DNA of 64,000 nucleotides, from assembly GCA_964392415.1 (NCBI GenBank), contig CAYMPL010000001.1:6200-70199 (forward strand), in the 5' to 3' direction. A program made the position numbers and the translations under genes. The notes below the pieces were generated by a model that was not told where the DNA came from, ran no database searches, and saw nothing but the letters and a program-made list of their open reading frames with translations. This DNA is from an uncultured bacterium (GTDB lineage: Bacteria > Bdellovibrionota > JACOXK01 > 2-02-FULL-40-11). This document shows, piece by piece, positions 37,227-48,689 of the stretch; position 1 is the stretch's first letter; each line of letters opens with the position of its first letter.

Positions 37227-38518
37227 ATGGGATTTCCAATATCGGATCGGGAATTATTAAGGCTTACCACCGCGGGGAGCGTCGATGATGGAAAATCGAC
37301 CCTGATGGGGCGGCTCCTTCATGACTGCAGCAAAGTTTATGAAGATCAGCTGGAGGCGGCCCGTCAGACAAGCCTGCGAAAAGGGAATTCGGAGGTCGAT
37401 CTTTCGCTTCTGATGGATGGGCTCTCTTCCGAGCGTGAGCAGGGGATTACCATAGATGTTGCCTATCGTTATTTTACGACGCCGAAACGGAGATTCATTA
37501 TTGCCGATGTCCCTGGACACGAACAATATACAAGGAATATGGTGACCGGCGCTTCGAACGCCCATCTTGCGGTCATTCTTATCGATATAACGAAAGGGTT
37601 TCTCTTTCAGGCCAAACGGCATCTGGTCATTGCAACGCTTCTTCAGACGCCGCATCTTCTGATTGCGATGAATAAAATGGATCTCATCGGCTATGACGAA
37701 GGTGTTTATGAAAAAATAAAAGGCGAGATTTCGCAGTTTGTTTCGAAATTGGGCGTGAGGGATCTTCAGTTTATTCCCATGTCTTCTCTTAAGGGGGACA
37801 TGGTTGTGAAACGGCACGATCAGATGGATTGGTATGGGGGGTATACGCTGCTTCATTATTTGGAGAACCTTCACATATCGAGTGACCGGAATCTCATCGA
37901 TTTCAGATTTCCTGTTCAGCTTGTCATCCGCCCGGATGCTTCTTTTAGAGGTTATGCGGGGAGAATCGAAGGGGGGGTGATTCATCTGGGGGATGACATT
38001 GTCTCTCTCCCTTCCGGGAAAAAATCGAAAATCAGATCTATTTTAACCCCTGAAGGGGAAAAAACATACGCTTTTACCCCCCAGTCTGTGACACTTGTGT
38101 TGGAAGATGAAATTGATGCGAGTCGCGGGGATATGTTTGTGAGGCCAGAGAATATTCCGGATATTTCTCATGAATTTCAGGCGGCTGTTTTTTGGATGTC
38201 TGAGAGTCCTTTTGTCGAAAAAAAGAGCTATCTCATCAAACAGGGGACAAAAATAACCCGCGGTTATGCCAGTGAGCTGAGGTACCGGATTGACATCGGC
38301 GATCTCCATCGAAAAGAAGCAAAAGAACTGGCCTGTAACGAGGTGGGAAGGACGTTTATAAAAACCCATGAGCCGCTGATGTTTGATCCCTATGCGAAAA
38401 ACAGAAACACGGGCTGCTTTATTTTTATCGATGAACTGACTTATGAGACCGCAGGCGTCGGCATCATCTGGCACCGCTTTGCAAAATCGGATCACCTACA
38501 GTATCAGGAATTTAAGTC

Positions 38519-38522
<4 letters not shown>
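37227..38522 (+). CDS. cysN: Sulfate adenylyltransferase subunit 1 (GTPase)
   Basis: GSVDDGKST G1 motif, DVPGHEQY, NKMD. Confidence 0.85.
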
Positions 38523-40528
<2,006 letters not shown>

Positions 40529-40532
40529 TTCA

Positions 40533-42254
40533 ATGGGAAGGACATGGTGGGTTAAGGTTGCTTTTGTTCTTTTGCTGATTGTTCTGAGTGTTGTCTATGT
40601 CGTTCCCTCTTTCTGGCCTTCAGCGGTAACAGATCAAAAAATTCCGTCCTGGGGCCGTTTTTTCATTCCAAAAAATCGTGTTCATATGGGCCTCGATCTT
40701 CAAGGGGGGCTTCATATTGTGATGGGGATCGATCCCAAAAAAGTCCTTACAGAATATGCTGATTTTAGCCTTGAGGAGATGAAAGAGGATCTCAGCAAAA
40801 GCATTTCTCCCGCAATCGATGTTTCCCGCGAACCGAACAGCACGAATATTCTAGTGAAATACAGTCCTTCCGACGATGTGAAAAAGATCCGGAAAGAGGT
40901 TCGGAAGTACGCTTTTTTCGAAATTATCGACCAGGGGGAGAATCAATTGACTCTCGGTTTTTCAAGACAAGAGGCAAATTTTCTGCTCAAACGGGCTGTC
41001 GACCAGTCGATTGAGGCGATCCGGAATCGCATTGACGAATTTGGGGTATCAGAGCCATCTATTCAATCTGAAGGGACCGACCGGCTCATCGTACAGCTCC
41101 CCGGTGTGCAGGATCCTGAGCGCGCCAAAGAACTCATTGGGCGGACGGCGAAATTGGAATTCAAAGTGGTTGACGATTCCAAAAGTCCGCTTGAGGTTTC
41201 TTCCATCGTTGCCAAAGTCGAAGACCAGAAAAAGATCAAGTTTATCTCCGGGAAAGGAAAGTTTTCAGATTATACTTTGGCCATCAATCAGGGGGCTTTG
41301 GGGCAGATTCCCGTCGATTCGGAGATCGCGTTTGAAAAAAAGGTTGAACCTCAAACACAAAATGTCTCCTGGTTCCCTTATCTTTTAAAGAAAAAAGTCG
41401 ATGTGACGGGCGATTTTGTGCGCGATGCGCGTGTAAATCAGGATCCGCAGACCAATGAATATATTGTGGAGCTTACCTTTAGCGCGCAGGGGGGGAGGCG
41501 CTTTGCGGAGCTGACCGAGAAAAATGTGAAAAAACAACTTGCGATTGTTCTTGATGGCATTGTCCATTCCGCCCCTGTCATTAATGAAAAGATTCCCTCT
41601 GGAAGAGCGCGTATTACCTTTGGCCGCTCAGATGATCCGGCCGCACTTTTGAAAGAAGCGCAAGATACAGCTCTTGTTCTTCGCGCCGGGGCGCTCCCGA
41701 CAACGATTGAACTTCTTGAAGAAAGAACGGTGGGGCCGTCGCTCGGCGCTGATTCGATTGCAAAAGGGAAAAAGGCGAGCGTCATCGGCCTCATTTTGGT
41801 TATTGTGTTTATGGTTGCTTATTATCGCCTTTCAGGTGTTGTCGCCAATACGGCGCTTCTTTTAAACATCTTATTTATGATGGCGGTTCTTGCCATTTTC
41901 GATGCGACACTGACCCTTCCTGGAATTGCGGGAATTGCTCTGACGATCGGGATGGCGGTCGATGCGAATGTCTTGATCTTTGAGAGGATCCGGGAAGAGT
42001 TGCGGCTCAATAAATCGTCGCGAGCTGCTATTGAAGCCGGCTTTTCAAAGGCATGGGGGACGATCTTTGACTCGAATCTCACAACACTGATAGCTGCCTT
42101 GGCGCTTCTTTCGGAAGGGACGGGCCCTGTGAAAGGTTTTGCGGTAACGCTTTCTATTGGGATCTGTTGCAGTATGTTTACCGCTGTTTTTGTGGCGCGC
42201 ATCATTTTTGAATTTCTATTGGCAAAAGTAAATCCGGCAAGGGTGAGTATTTGA
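40533..42254 (+). CDS. secD: Protein translocase subunit SecD
   Basis: Periplasmic domain plus C-terminal six-TM block with the typical SecD/RND signature. Confidence 0.9.
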   Translation: MGRTWWVKVAFVLLLIVLSVVYVVPSFWPSAVTDQKIPSWGRFFIPKNRVHMGLDLQGGLHIVMGIDPKKVLTEYADFSLEEMKEDLSKSISPAIDVSREPNSTNILVKYSPSDDVKKIRKEVRKYAFFEIIDQGENQLTLGFSRQEANFLLKRAVDQSIEAIRNRIDEFGVSEPSIQSEGTDRLIVQLPGVQDPERAKELIGRTAKLEFKVVDDSKSPLEVSSIVAKVEDQKKIKFISGKGKFSDYTLAINQGALGQIPVDSEIAFEKKVEPQTQNVSWFPYLLKKKVDVTGDFVRDARVNQDPQTNEYIVELTFSAQGGRRFAELTEKNVKKQLAIVLDGIVHSAPVINEKIPSGRARITFGRSDDPAALLKEAQDTALVLRAGALPTTIELLEERTVGPSLGADSIAKGKKASVIGLILVIVFMVAYYRLSGVVANTALLLNILFMMAVLAIFDATLTLPGIAGIALTIGMAVDANVLIFERIREELRLNKSSRAAIEAGFSKAWGTIFDSNLTTLIAALALLSEGTGPVKGFAVTLSIGICCSMFTAVFVARIIFEFLLAKVNPARVSI

Positions 42255-42255
42255 T

Positions 42256-43164
42256 ATGGAGTTTTTAAAGAAAGAAACGCACTTTGATTTTATGGGAAAA
42301 AGGAATCTTTTTATTGGAATTTCTCTTGCCTTCATTGTTTTTAGCGCTCTTGTTTTTGTTACCAGAGGGCTTAAATTCGGGATCGATTTTGCGGGAGGCA
42401 CAGAGATTCAGGTGAAATTTTTAAAGCCGCTTGATTCTCTTCAAATCCGAAAATTGCTGACGGAGGCGGGATATCTCGATTCATCGGTGCAGCATTTCGG
42501 CAAAGAAGAATCCGGAGAATATCTGGTTCGTTTGGAGGAGAGCGGCAGTGGTTTTCAGTCAGTGGCGCAAAAACTTCTCCCTCTTTTTACGAGGGTGGTA
42601 GGAGAAGGGAACGCACAGATTGAAAAAGTTGAGATTGTGGGACCCCGGGTGGGTGGGGATTTAAAGAAACGAGGAGCTTGGGCGCTCTTCTATTCTCTTC
42701 TTGGAATTCTCATCTATGTGGCGATTCGGTTTGATTATCGTTTTTCACCGGGGGGCGTTGTCGCCTTGATTCATGATGTGATTATTTCTCTGGGTGTCTT
42801 TGCCTTTTTTGGCAAGCGTTTCGATCTTACGATTTTGGCCGCGGTTCTTACGATTATCGGATATTCTATTAATGATACGATTGTTATTTTCGACAGGATT
42901 CGGGAAAATATCAAAAAACACCAGGGGCTCGATATTGCCGCGATTGTCAATCGAAGCGTGAACGAGACATTGAGCCGGACGATTTTAACAGGTCTTACGA
43001 CGTTTTTTATGCTTCTCGCCCTTTTCTTCTTCGGAGGGGAAGTGATTCACGATTTTGCATTCATCATGCTTGTGGGGATGGTGGTCGGCACCTATTCCTC
43101 CATATTTATTGCAAGCCCTGTTTTCCTTTATCTCCATCGAAGAACTGAAAAAAAGCTGTCGTGA
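42256..43164 (+). CDS. secF: Protein translocase subunit SecF
   Basis: GIDFAGGT, six TM helices, SINDTIVIFDRIRE. Confidence 0.9.
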   Translation: MEFLKKETHFDFMGKRNLFIGISLAFIVFSALVFVTRGLKFGIDFAGGTEIQVKFLKPLDSLQIRKLLTEAGYLDSSVQHFGKEESGEYLVRLEESGSGFQSVAQKLLPLFTRVVGEGNAQIEKVEIVGPRVGGDLKKRGAWALFYSLLGILIYVAIRFDYRFSPGGVVALIHDVIISLGVFAFFGKRFDLTILAAVLTIIGYSINDTIVIFDRIRENIKKHQGLDIAAIVNRSVNETLSRTILTGLTTFFMLLALFFFGGEVIHDFAFIMLVGMVVGTYSSIFIASPVFLYLHRRTEKKLS

Positions 43165-44864
43165 AAAAAAAGTGGGTCGTTCTTGAACCAAACCCAGATC
43201 TTGTTGATCATCTTTCAAAAGAACTCAATCTTTCCCCTGTGGTAAGCCAACTCCTTGTCAACCGTGGTATAGATGACATTTCAGAGGCTCGCCTTTTTTT
43301 GAATGGTGAACTGAAGGATCTCCCTTCCCCTTATCTCCTTAAAGATATGAAAAAAGCGGTATTGCGATTGGTTCGCGCCATTCAAAACCGCGAATCGATC
43401 TATGTCTACGGCGATTATGACGTCGATGGTGTAACGGCAACCGCAAGCCTCCTCAATTTTTTTGAAGAGATCGGCGTTCGGGCAAATTTTCACATCCCCC
43501 ATCGTGTAAAAGAGGGGTATGGTCTGCATCGAAAAGCGCTCGAAGAAATCAGGGAAAAAGGGGGAAATGTTGTCATTACCGCCGATTGTGGCATTTCAAA
43601 TGTGGAAGAAGCCTATGCTGCCTCACAGCTTGGAATCGATCTTATTATTACCGATCATCATATTATTCCACCGAAGCTCCCCGAAGCGCATGCTGTTTTA
43701 AATCCGCTTCGATCTGACAGTGATTATCCCGATACCCGGCTTTCAGGGGTGGGGGTTGTGTTTCAACTTTTGGTTGCGCTTCGGGCTGAATTGCGAAGCA
43801 TCGGTTATTTTCAGGGAAGAAGAGAGCCCCTCCTTAAAAATTATCTCGATCTGGTCGCATTGGGGACCATCGCTGATCTCGTGCCGCTTACCGGGGTCAA
43901 TCACATTCTGGTCCGTGAAGGTTTAAAAGTACTTTCATCCAGGAAGCGCGCGGGAATTAAATCTCTGGCGGAGGTGTCAGGAATTACCAAAGAGTCGATA
44001 GGAACGTATGAAGTTGGATTTCAGCTCGCGCCCAGACTCAATGCGGGGGGGAGGCTTGCTTCTGCGGAGCTGGGTGTGCGATTACTGACCAGTCACGACA
44101 CTTCAAAGACCCAATCTTTGGCGCGTGATCTCGATTCTGAAAACAGCAAACGCCGTTTTATTCAGGAAGAAATTCTCTACCAGGCAGTCTCTCAAGTCGA
44201 AAAATCGAGGATGATGCATCAAAAAACAATTGTTCTTTCTTCTCCTTCCTGGCATCCGGGGGTGATTGGCATTGTCGCTTCAAAACTGGTTGAAAAATAT
44301 TATCGGCCGACATTTCTTATTGCAGAAGGTGAAGAGATAGGGAAAGGGTCTGGACGAAGCATTGAGGCGCTCCATCTTCTGGATGCGATGAGAAAGATCT
44401 CAGATCTTTTTCAAACATTTGGGGGGCATAAAGCGGCTGCCGGTTTTTCGATTCAGGTCGGAAAAATTGAGGAACTGAAAAATCGATTTGAAGAGGTGGT
44501 CTCAGGGCTTTTGTCTGATGAGGATTTAATGCCCAAAGTCAGAATCGATGCAAAGATCGGTCTCAGTGAGGTGACGAAAGATCTCATCGAAGAGATTGAA
44601 AAACTGGGTCCTTTTGGAATGGGGAATCGGGAACCTGTTTTTTTAAATGATTCCTTCAGAATCGCCCGCTCTTCTCTCATCAGCCAAAAACATTTGAAAC
44701 TTTTCATTGGAGAGAAGAGCGAACGGCTTGAAGCCATTGGATTTAATATGCCTGAATATTACCAGGATTCTTCAAAAATCCGCGCCATTCTTTTTACCCC
44801 GACCATTCATCAATGGAATAATGAGGTATCGGTTCAATTAAAGTTAAAGGGAGTCGATTTTTAG
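43161..44864 (+). CDS. recJ: Single-stranded-DNA-specific exonuclease RecJ
   Basis: DHH motifs (GDYDVDG, ITDHH) and DHHA1 GGH block. Confidence 0.85.
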   Translation: MKKKWVVLEPNPDLVDHLSKELNLSPVVSQLLVNRGIDDISEARLFLNGELKDLPSPYLLKDMKKAVLRLVRAIQNRESIYVYGDYDVDGVTATASLLNFFEEIGVRANFHIPHRVKEGYGLHRKALEEIREKGGNVVITADCGISNVEEAYAASQLGIDLIITDHHIIPPKLPEAHAVLNPLRSDSDYPDTRLSGVGVVFQLLVALRAELRSIGYFQGRREPLLKNYLDLVALGTIADLVPLTGVNHILVREGLKVLSSRKRAGIKSLAEVSGITKESIGTYEVGFQLAPRLNAGGRLASAELGVRLLTSHDTSKTQSLARDLDSENSKRRFIQEEILYQAVSQVEKSRMMHQKTIVLSSPSWHPGVIGIVASKLVEKYYRPTFLIAEGEEIGKGSGRSIEALHLLDAMRKISDLFQTFGGHKAAAGFSIQVGKIEELKNRFEEVVSGLLSDEDLMPKVRIDAKIGLSEVTKDLIEEIEKLGPFGMGNREPVFLNDSFRIARSSLISQKHLKLFIGEKSERLEAIGFNMPEYYQDSSKIRAILFTPTIHQWNNEVSVQLKLKGVDF

Positions 44865-44968
44865 TCGATACTGCGCGCTTGCTACTTAGAGCTTGACTTT
44901 ATGACGCGCCGTGTCTAGGTTTTGGTGATCTGTTTAATTGTGAACAGATGAAAAAAGGAGTAACAAAC

Positions 44969-45307
44969 ATGTCCAGGTTGGAAGTGGATGTAAAATCGAT
45001 TCAAAAAATTATTCGTGACCGCGCGTTGAGGGCCCAAAAGATACTTTCGAATTTTGAGGCTCAAGCTGAAAAGACGCTGAAGAACCTCAAAAAGATGCCT
45101 TTGTATCAAACAGCTTTTAAGGCCGCTCTTCATACCAAAGATGAACTCGAAAAACGGGCTTCAGAGGCGAAGGTTCGGGTCTTGGATCTGCTGAATGTTC
45201 CGACAAAAGAGGATCTTAAGCGACTCAACAAAAAGGTAGATGTGCTTGTAAAAAAACTAAAGACCGAGAGCCAGAAAGTGCGTCGGGTGGCTGATACAAC
45301 TGATTGA
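44969..45307 (+). CDS. Phasin-like small coiled-coil protein (putative PHA-granule-associated)
   Basis: RBS AAAAAGGAG before the ATG at 44969; all-helical, Lys/Glu-rich, about 112 aa. Confidence 0.4.
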   Translation: MSRLEVDVKSIQKIIRDRALRAQKILSNFEAQAEKTLKNLKKMPLYQTAFKAALHTKDELEKRASEAKVRVLDLLNVPTKEDLKRLNKKVDVLVKKLKTESQKVRRVADTTD

Positions 45308-45340
45308 AAAAACAATCTCTCAATGTTATAAGCGCTCCTT

Positions 45341-45709
45341 ATGTACGAAATCATTGTAAAGGAGCATTTTTCAGCGGCCCACCAACTGCGTGATATTTCC
45401 GGAATGTGTGAAAATTTACACGGGCATAATTGGCGCGTGGATATTTCCGTTTCTTCTGAGATATTAAATGACATAGGAATTGTGGTTGATTTTAAGGTGG
45501 TCGAAGATACTTCTAAGGAAATCATAGATCGTCTGGATCATCAGATTTTAAACGAGCTTCCGATTTTTCAGGATCTCAATCCCTCCGCGGAAAATATTGC
45601 GCGTTACATTTGTGAAGAATTGAAACGAAAACTGAACTCTGATTCGTTTCGTGTTCGTAAGGTCACCGTTTGGGAAACCGATACTTACGGGGCAAGCTAT
45701 TCATGTTAA
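45341..45709 (+). CDS. queD: 6-carboxy-5,6,7,8-tetrahydropterin synthase
   Basis: CENLHGHNW zinc/catalytic motif of the PTPS/QueD family, about 120 aa. Confidence 0.8.
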   Translation: MYEIIVKEHFSAAHQLRDISGMCENLHGHNWRVDISVSSEILNDIGIVVDFKVVEDTSKEIIDRLDHQILNELPIFQDLNPSAENIARYICEELKRKLNSDSFRVRKVTVWETDTYGASYSC

Positions 45710-46485
45710 ATGATGTTCAAAATAGCCCAGACCACCGGGGAGTCCCTCTCCAGCAGGTAGGGGTCAAAGGGGTGCGCTATCCCATTAAAGTGAAAGATCG
45801 TCTGAATGGCTCTCAATTAACGATTGGGACATTTAATATGTATGTCGATTTGACTGACAAATATAAGGGGACTCACATGAGCCGGTTTATTGAGATCCTC
45901 AATCGCTATCATGACGCGATTGATGTTGAAAATTTCAATCCCATTTTAAAAGAGATGAGAAACCGGCTCGAGGCGGATATTTCCGTGCTCGAAGTTTCTT
46001 TCCCCTATTTTATCAAGAAAGCGGCGCCGGTCTCTCGGGCGGAGAGCCTCATGGAGTATTCGTGCCGTCTCTGGGGGAGGCAAGATTCGGAAAAGACTGA
46101 TTTTCTGATATCAGCTGAGGTTCCTGTGACAACCTTGTGCCCCTGTTCAAAAGAAATCAGTGAAAGAGGGGCGCATAATCAGCGGTCACATGTCATCTTG
46201 TCTATTCGTTCGAATGCCTTTGTCTGGCTTGAGGATTTAATTCGCGTTGCTGAAGACAGCGCAAGCGCAGAACTCTATCCGCTTTTAAAGCGCGTCGATG
46301 AGAAGGCGGTAACGGAAAGGGCTTATGATCATCCACGATTTGCTGAAGATGTGGTTCGTGAAGTTACACTCAGGCTCGACGATTGGTCTCAAATTCAGTG
46401 GTATTCGGTCGAGTGCGAGAATTTTGAATCGATCCATGGTCACAACGCGTACGCTTTTTTGAAAAAGGATAAATCATGTCATTAA
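45703..46485 (+). CDS. folE2: GTP cyclohydrolase FolE2-like (T-fold, DUF198)
   Basis: LPDVQN...VGVKGVRYPI N-terminal signature; ATGTTAA overlap with the queD stop. Confidence 0.65.
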   Translation: MLNDVQNSPDHRGVPLQQVGVKGVRYPIKVKDRLNGSQLTIGTFNMYVDLTDKYKGTHMSRFIEILNRYHDAIDVENFNPILKEMRNRLEADISVLEVSFPYFIKKAAPVSRAESLMEYSCRLWGRQDSEKTDFLISAEVPVTTLCPCSKEISERGAHNQRSHVILSIRSNAFVWLEDLIRVAEDSASAELYPLLKRVDEKAVTERAYDHPRFAEDVVREVTLRLDDWSQIQWYSVECENFESIHGHNAYAFLKKDKSCH

Positions 46486-47156
46486 GAAGCGTTGTTCTTC
46501 TTTCTTCTGGGCTCGACTCAACGGTTAATTTTTGCAAGGCGTTGAGGGAGACAGAGGTTGTTCTTTCACTGACATTTGATTATGGACAAAGGTCAGCCGT
46601 TTCAGAAATCTCTGCCGCGGCAAAAATTTCTGAAAAATATGGAATAAATCATCGTATCATTCGATTGGATTGGCTGAAGGAGATGACGCTGACATCCCTT
46701 GTGAATCGCTCTTTGGATATTCCTAAACTTTCTCCAGCTCATCTGGATAATCGTGAAATAACTTTAAAAAGCGCGGCCGAAGTTTGGGTTCCAAATCGAA
46801 ACGGCGTGTTTATTCATATCGCCGCAGCCATCGCGGAAGTGATGAGGGTAGAGTTCATTGTTGTCGGTTTTAATGCGGAAGAGGCAAAAACATTTCCAGA
46901 CAATAGTCAGGAATTTATCGACCGGGTTAACCAGAGCCTCGAGTTTTCAACGCTCACAAAACCGAAAGTGATCTGCTACACAGCTTCTTTTAACAAAAAA
47001 GAGATTGTTCAGCTCGGCCGCGAACTCAACGCCCCCTTTGAACTGATGTGGAGCTGTTATGAGGCGGGGGAGAAAATGTGCGGAAAATGTGAATCGTGTT
47101 TAAGATTTATGAGGGCGATTTCCGATGAAAATCGTGCAAACAAAATTTATAAATAA
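46476..47156 (+). CDS. queC: 7-cyano-7-deazaguanine synthase
   Basis: VVLLSSGLDSTV PP-loop, C-terminal CGKCESCLRFMRA zinc motif. Confidence 0.85.
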   Translation: MSLRSVVLLSSGLDSTVNFCKALRETEVVLSLTFDYGQRSAVSEISAAAKISEKYGINHRIIRLDWLKEMTLTSLVNRSLDIPKLSPAHLDNREITLKSAAEVWVPNRNGVFIHIAAAIAEVMRVEFIVVGFNAEEAKTFPDNSQEFIDRVNQSLEFSTLTKPKVICYTASFNKKEIVQLGRELNAPFELMWSCYEAGEKMCGKCESCLRFMRAISDENRANKIYK

Positions 47157-47685
47157 ACGAATTATCTATGATGGTACCCAGCTTGCCCCTCATTGGATCT
47201 ATAAAAACTTCGATATCTTAGGCGATGCCATCGTCGGCTTTATAGGACCTGCGGATGTCCCGCTCAAAAATATGGTCGATCTCGAGGATGTAAAATCCCA
47301 AAGCCCGATCTATTCCGAACTGATGCTTCATTTTATCGCTGAGTTTTTTGACACCGATCTCGAAAAAGCGATTTATCGCCAGCGGCTTCTCATGGTAATT
47401 ATGAAAGAATGTTTAGAAAAAAGGATTGGAAAAAGTCTTCAAAGACGAGGCGACGATCTTTTTGATGGAAAGAGAAAGCTCACCGTATCGATCGCAACAG
47501 CGTCGCCGGTTTCAGCGCTGATCCATGCGGGGATCAATATTAAGTCAAAAAACACCCCTGTCTTAACAGCGGGTTTGATTGATTATCAGCTTTCGGCAAA
47601 GTCTTTAGCTCTTGAAATTGTCTCTCTTTTCAAAAGAGAATGTGATTCGATTTGGAAAGCAAGATGCAAGGTTCAGGCAAGATAG
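47125..47685 (+). CDS. Conserved hypothetical protein embedded in the queuosine gene cluster
   Basis: 186 aa, overlaps the queC end; no recognisable radical-SAM (QueE) or QueF motif. Confidence 0.4.
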   Translation: MKIVQTKFINKRIIYDGTQLAPHWIYKNFDILGDAIVGFIGPADVPLKNMVDLEDVKSQSPIYSELMLHFIAEFFDTDLEKAIYRQRLLMVIMKECLEKRIGKSLQRRGDDLFDGKRKLTVSIATASPVSALIHAGINIKSKNTPVLTAGLIDYQLSAKSLALEIVSLFKRECDSIWKARCKVQAR

Positions 47686-47690
47686 CCATT

Positions 47691-47721
47691 GTCATCCTGA
47701 GGGCGAAGCCCGAAGGATCTC
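47691..47721. repeat. Repeat-family copy between the convergent queuosine-cluster gene and the lipoprotein gene
   Basis: GTCATCCTGAGGGCGAAGCCCGAAGGATCTC. Confidence 0.85.
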
Positions 47722-47738
47722 TGAGGAAGATTTTAAAA

Positions 47739-48689
47739 TCACAAATCTTCCTCGATCTCATAATACTGGGTCACAAAGCTTGTCAGAAGATCTACGATCA
47801 ACTCCCGTATGACCGCCCTTTTTAAAGTCTTTTTGACTTTAAAATTCCCCTTTCCCTTTTCATTTTTTTCTATCTCTATATTTACGAGGTCATTTAGAAG
47901 CGGTTCATAATCGACTGGTATAATGGTATTGTCAACATTAACTCTAAAGATTGCCTTATCAAAACCACTCTCTTTCGGTTGGAGAATGGTCTTCCCATTT
48001 TCCTTAACCTCTTCCCAAACGCTCTTTAAGTGATAATGTTTTCCAAAAAAATGATAAAAATTTACGTAAATATCATCCAGAAGTTCTTTTATACCTGAAA
48101 CATCTTTTTCTTTGACCAGGAGATCGGCGGCATGATGAAAATCCTTCAATTTTTGAGCGTCGAGAATCGGTTCTGAAGTAAAGTAGCGAATCGTTTCCAT
48201 GAGAAGATCTTCATTTTGAATGATTTCAATCAAGGCATTTCTGGCTTCATGCCTGTTGTATTTAAGTGTTAAAATCTCAAGTAATTTCCCAATGGTATCT
48301 TCTTTTCCTCCTTTCAAATACGACTTTGTTTCTTTAGAATCTGTTTTCCAATCGTAGGCCATGCGGAGCGCGGTTGCGAATGAAGAAAGAGTCATGGTGC
48401 GATCATTTGCCAGGTTCGAGAATTTCAAGTGATCAATAATTCGGGTTAATCCGTATTTATTAAGACCTAATTTGGCAAGAGAAAAATCCTCTGCCAGGGG
48501 AGAGAAGTTTGCGACGTTATTCAAATCAGATTTAACTTTAGGATTATTTGGAGGATTATTTGAATGATTATCCCCCGCCTGATTGTTTAGATTGTTTGAT
48601 TGGAGGGGGGGCTCAGATGGAGAACAGCCTAACATCAAAAGACATAAAAATATAATATAATTTTTCCCCATTGTTAGTTTCACCATCAT
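47739..48689 (-). CDS. Hypothetical lipoprotein (partner of the Met-zincin)
   Basis: Lipobox LLMLGCS; ATGA overlap with the upstream metalloprotease gene. Confidence 0.4.
   Translation of the reverse strand: MMVKLTMGKNYIIFLCLLMLGCSPSEPPLQSNNLNNQAGDNHSNNPPNNPKVKSDLNNVANFSPLAEDFSLAKLGLNKYGLTRIIDHLKFSNLANDRTMTLSSFATALRMAYDWKTDSKETKSYLKGGKEDTIGKLLEILTLKYNRHEARNALIEIIQNEDLLMETIRYFTSEPILDAQKLKDFHHAADLLVKEKDVSGIKELLDDIYVNFYHFFGKHYHLKSVWEEVKENGKTILQPKESGFDKAIFRVNVDNTIIPVDYEPLLNDLVNIEIEKNEKGKGNFKVKKTLKRAVIRELIVDLLTSFVTQYYEIEEDL

Noticed and set aside
37257-38495. Long antisense ORFs (for example 37257..37985 and 38043..38495, minus strand) and similar ones inside secD, the Met-zincin gene and other long genes
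   Set aside because: They lie opposite genes with strong family motifs (cysN, secD and others) and have no motifs of their own. They are typical antisense artefacts of GC-skewed codon usage.
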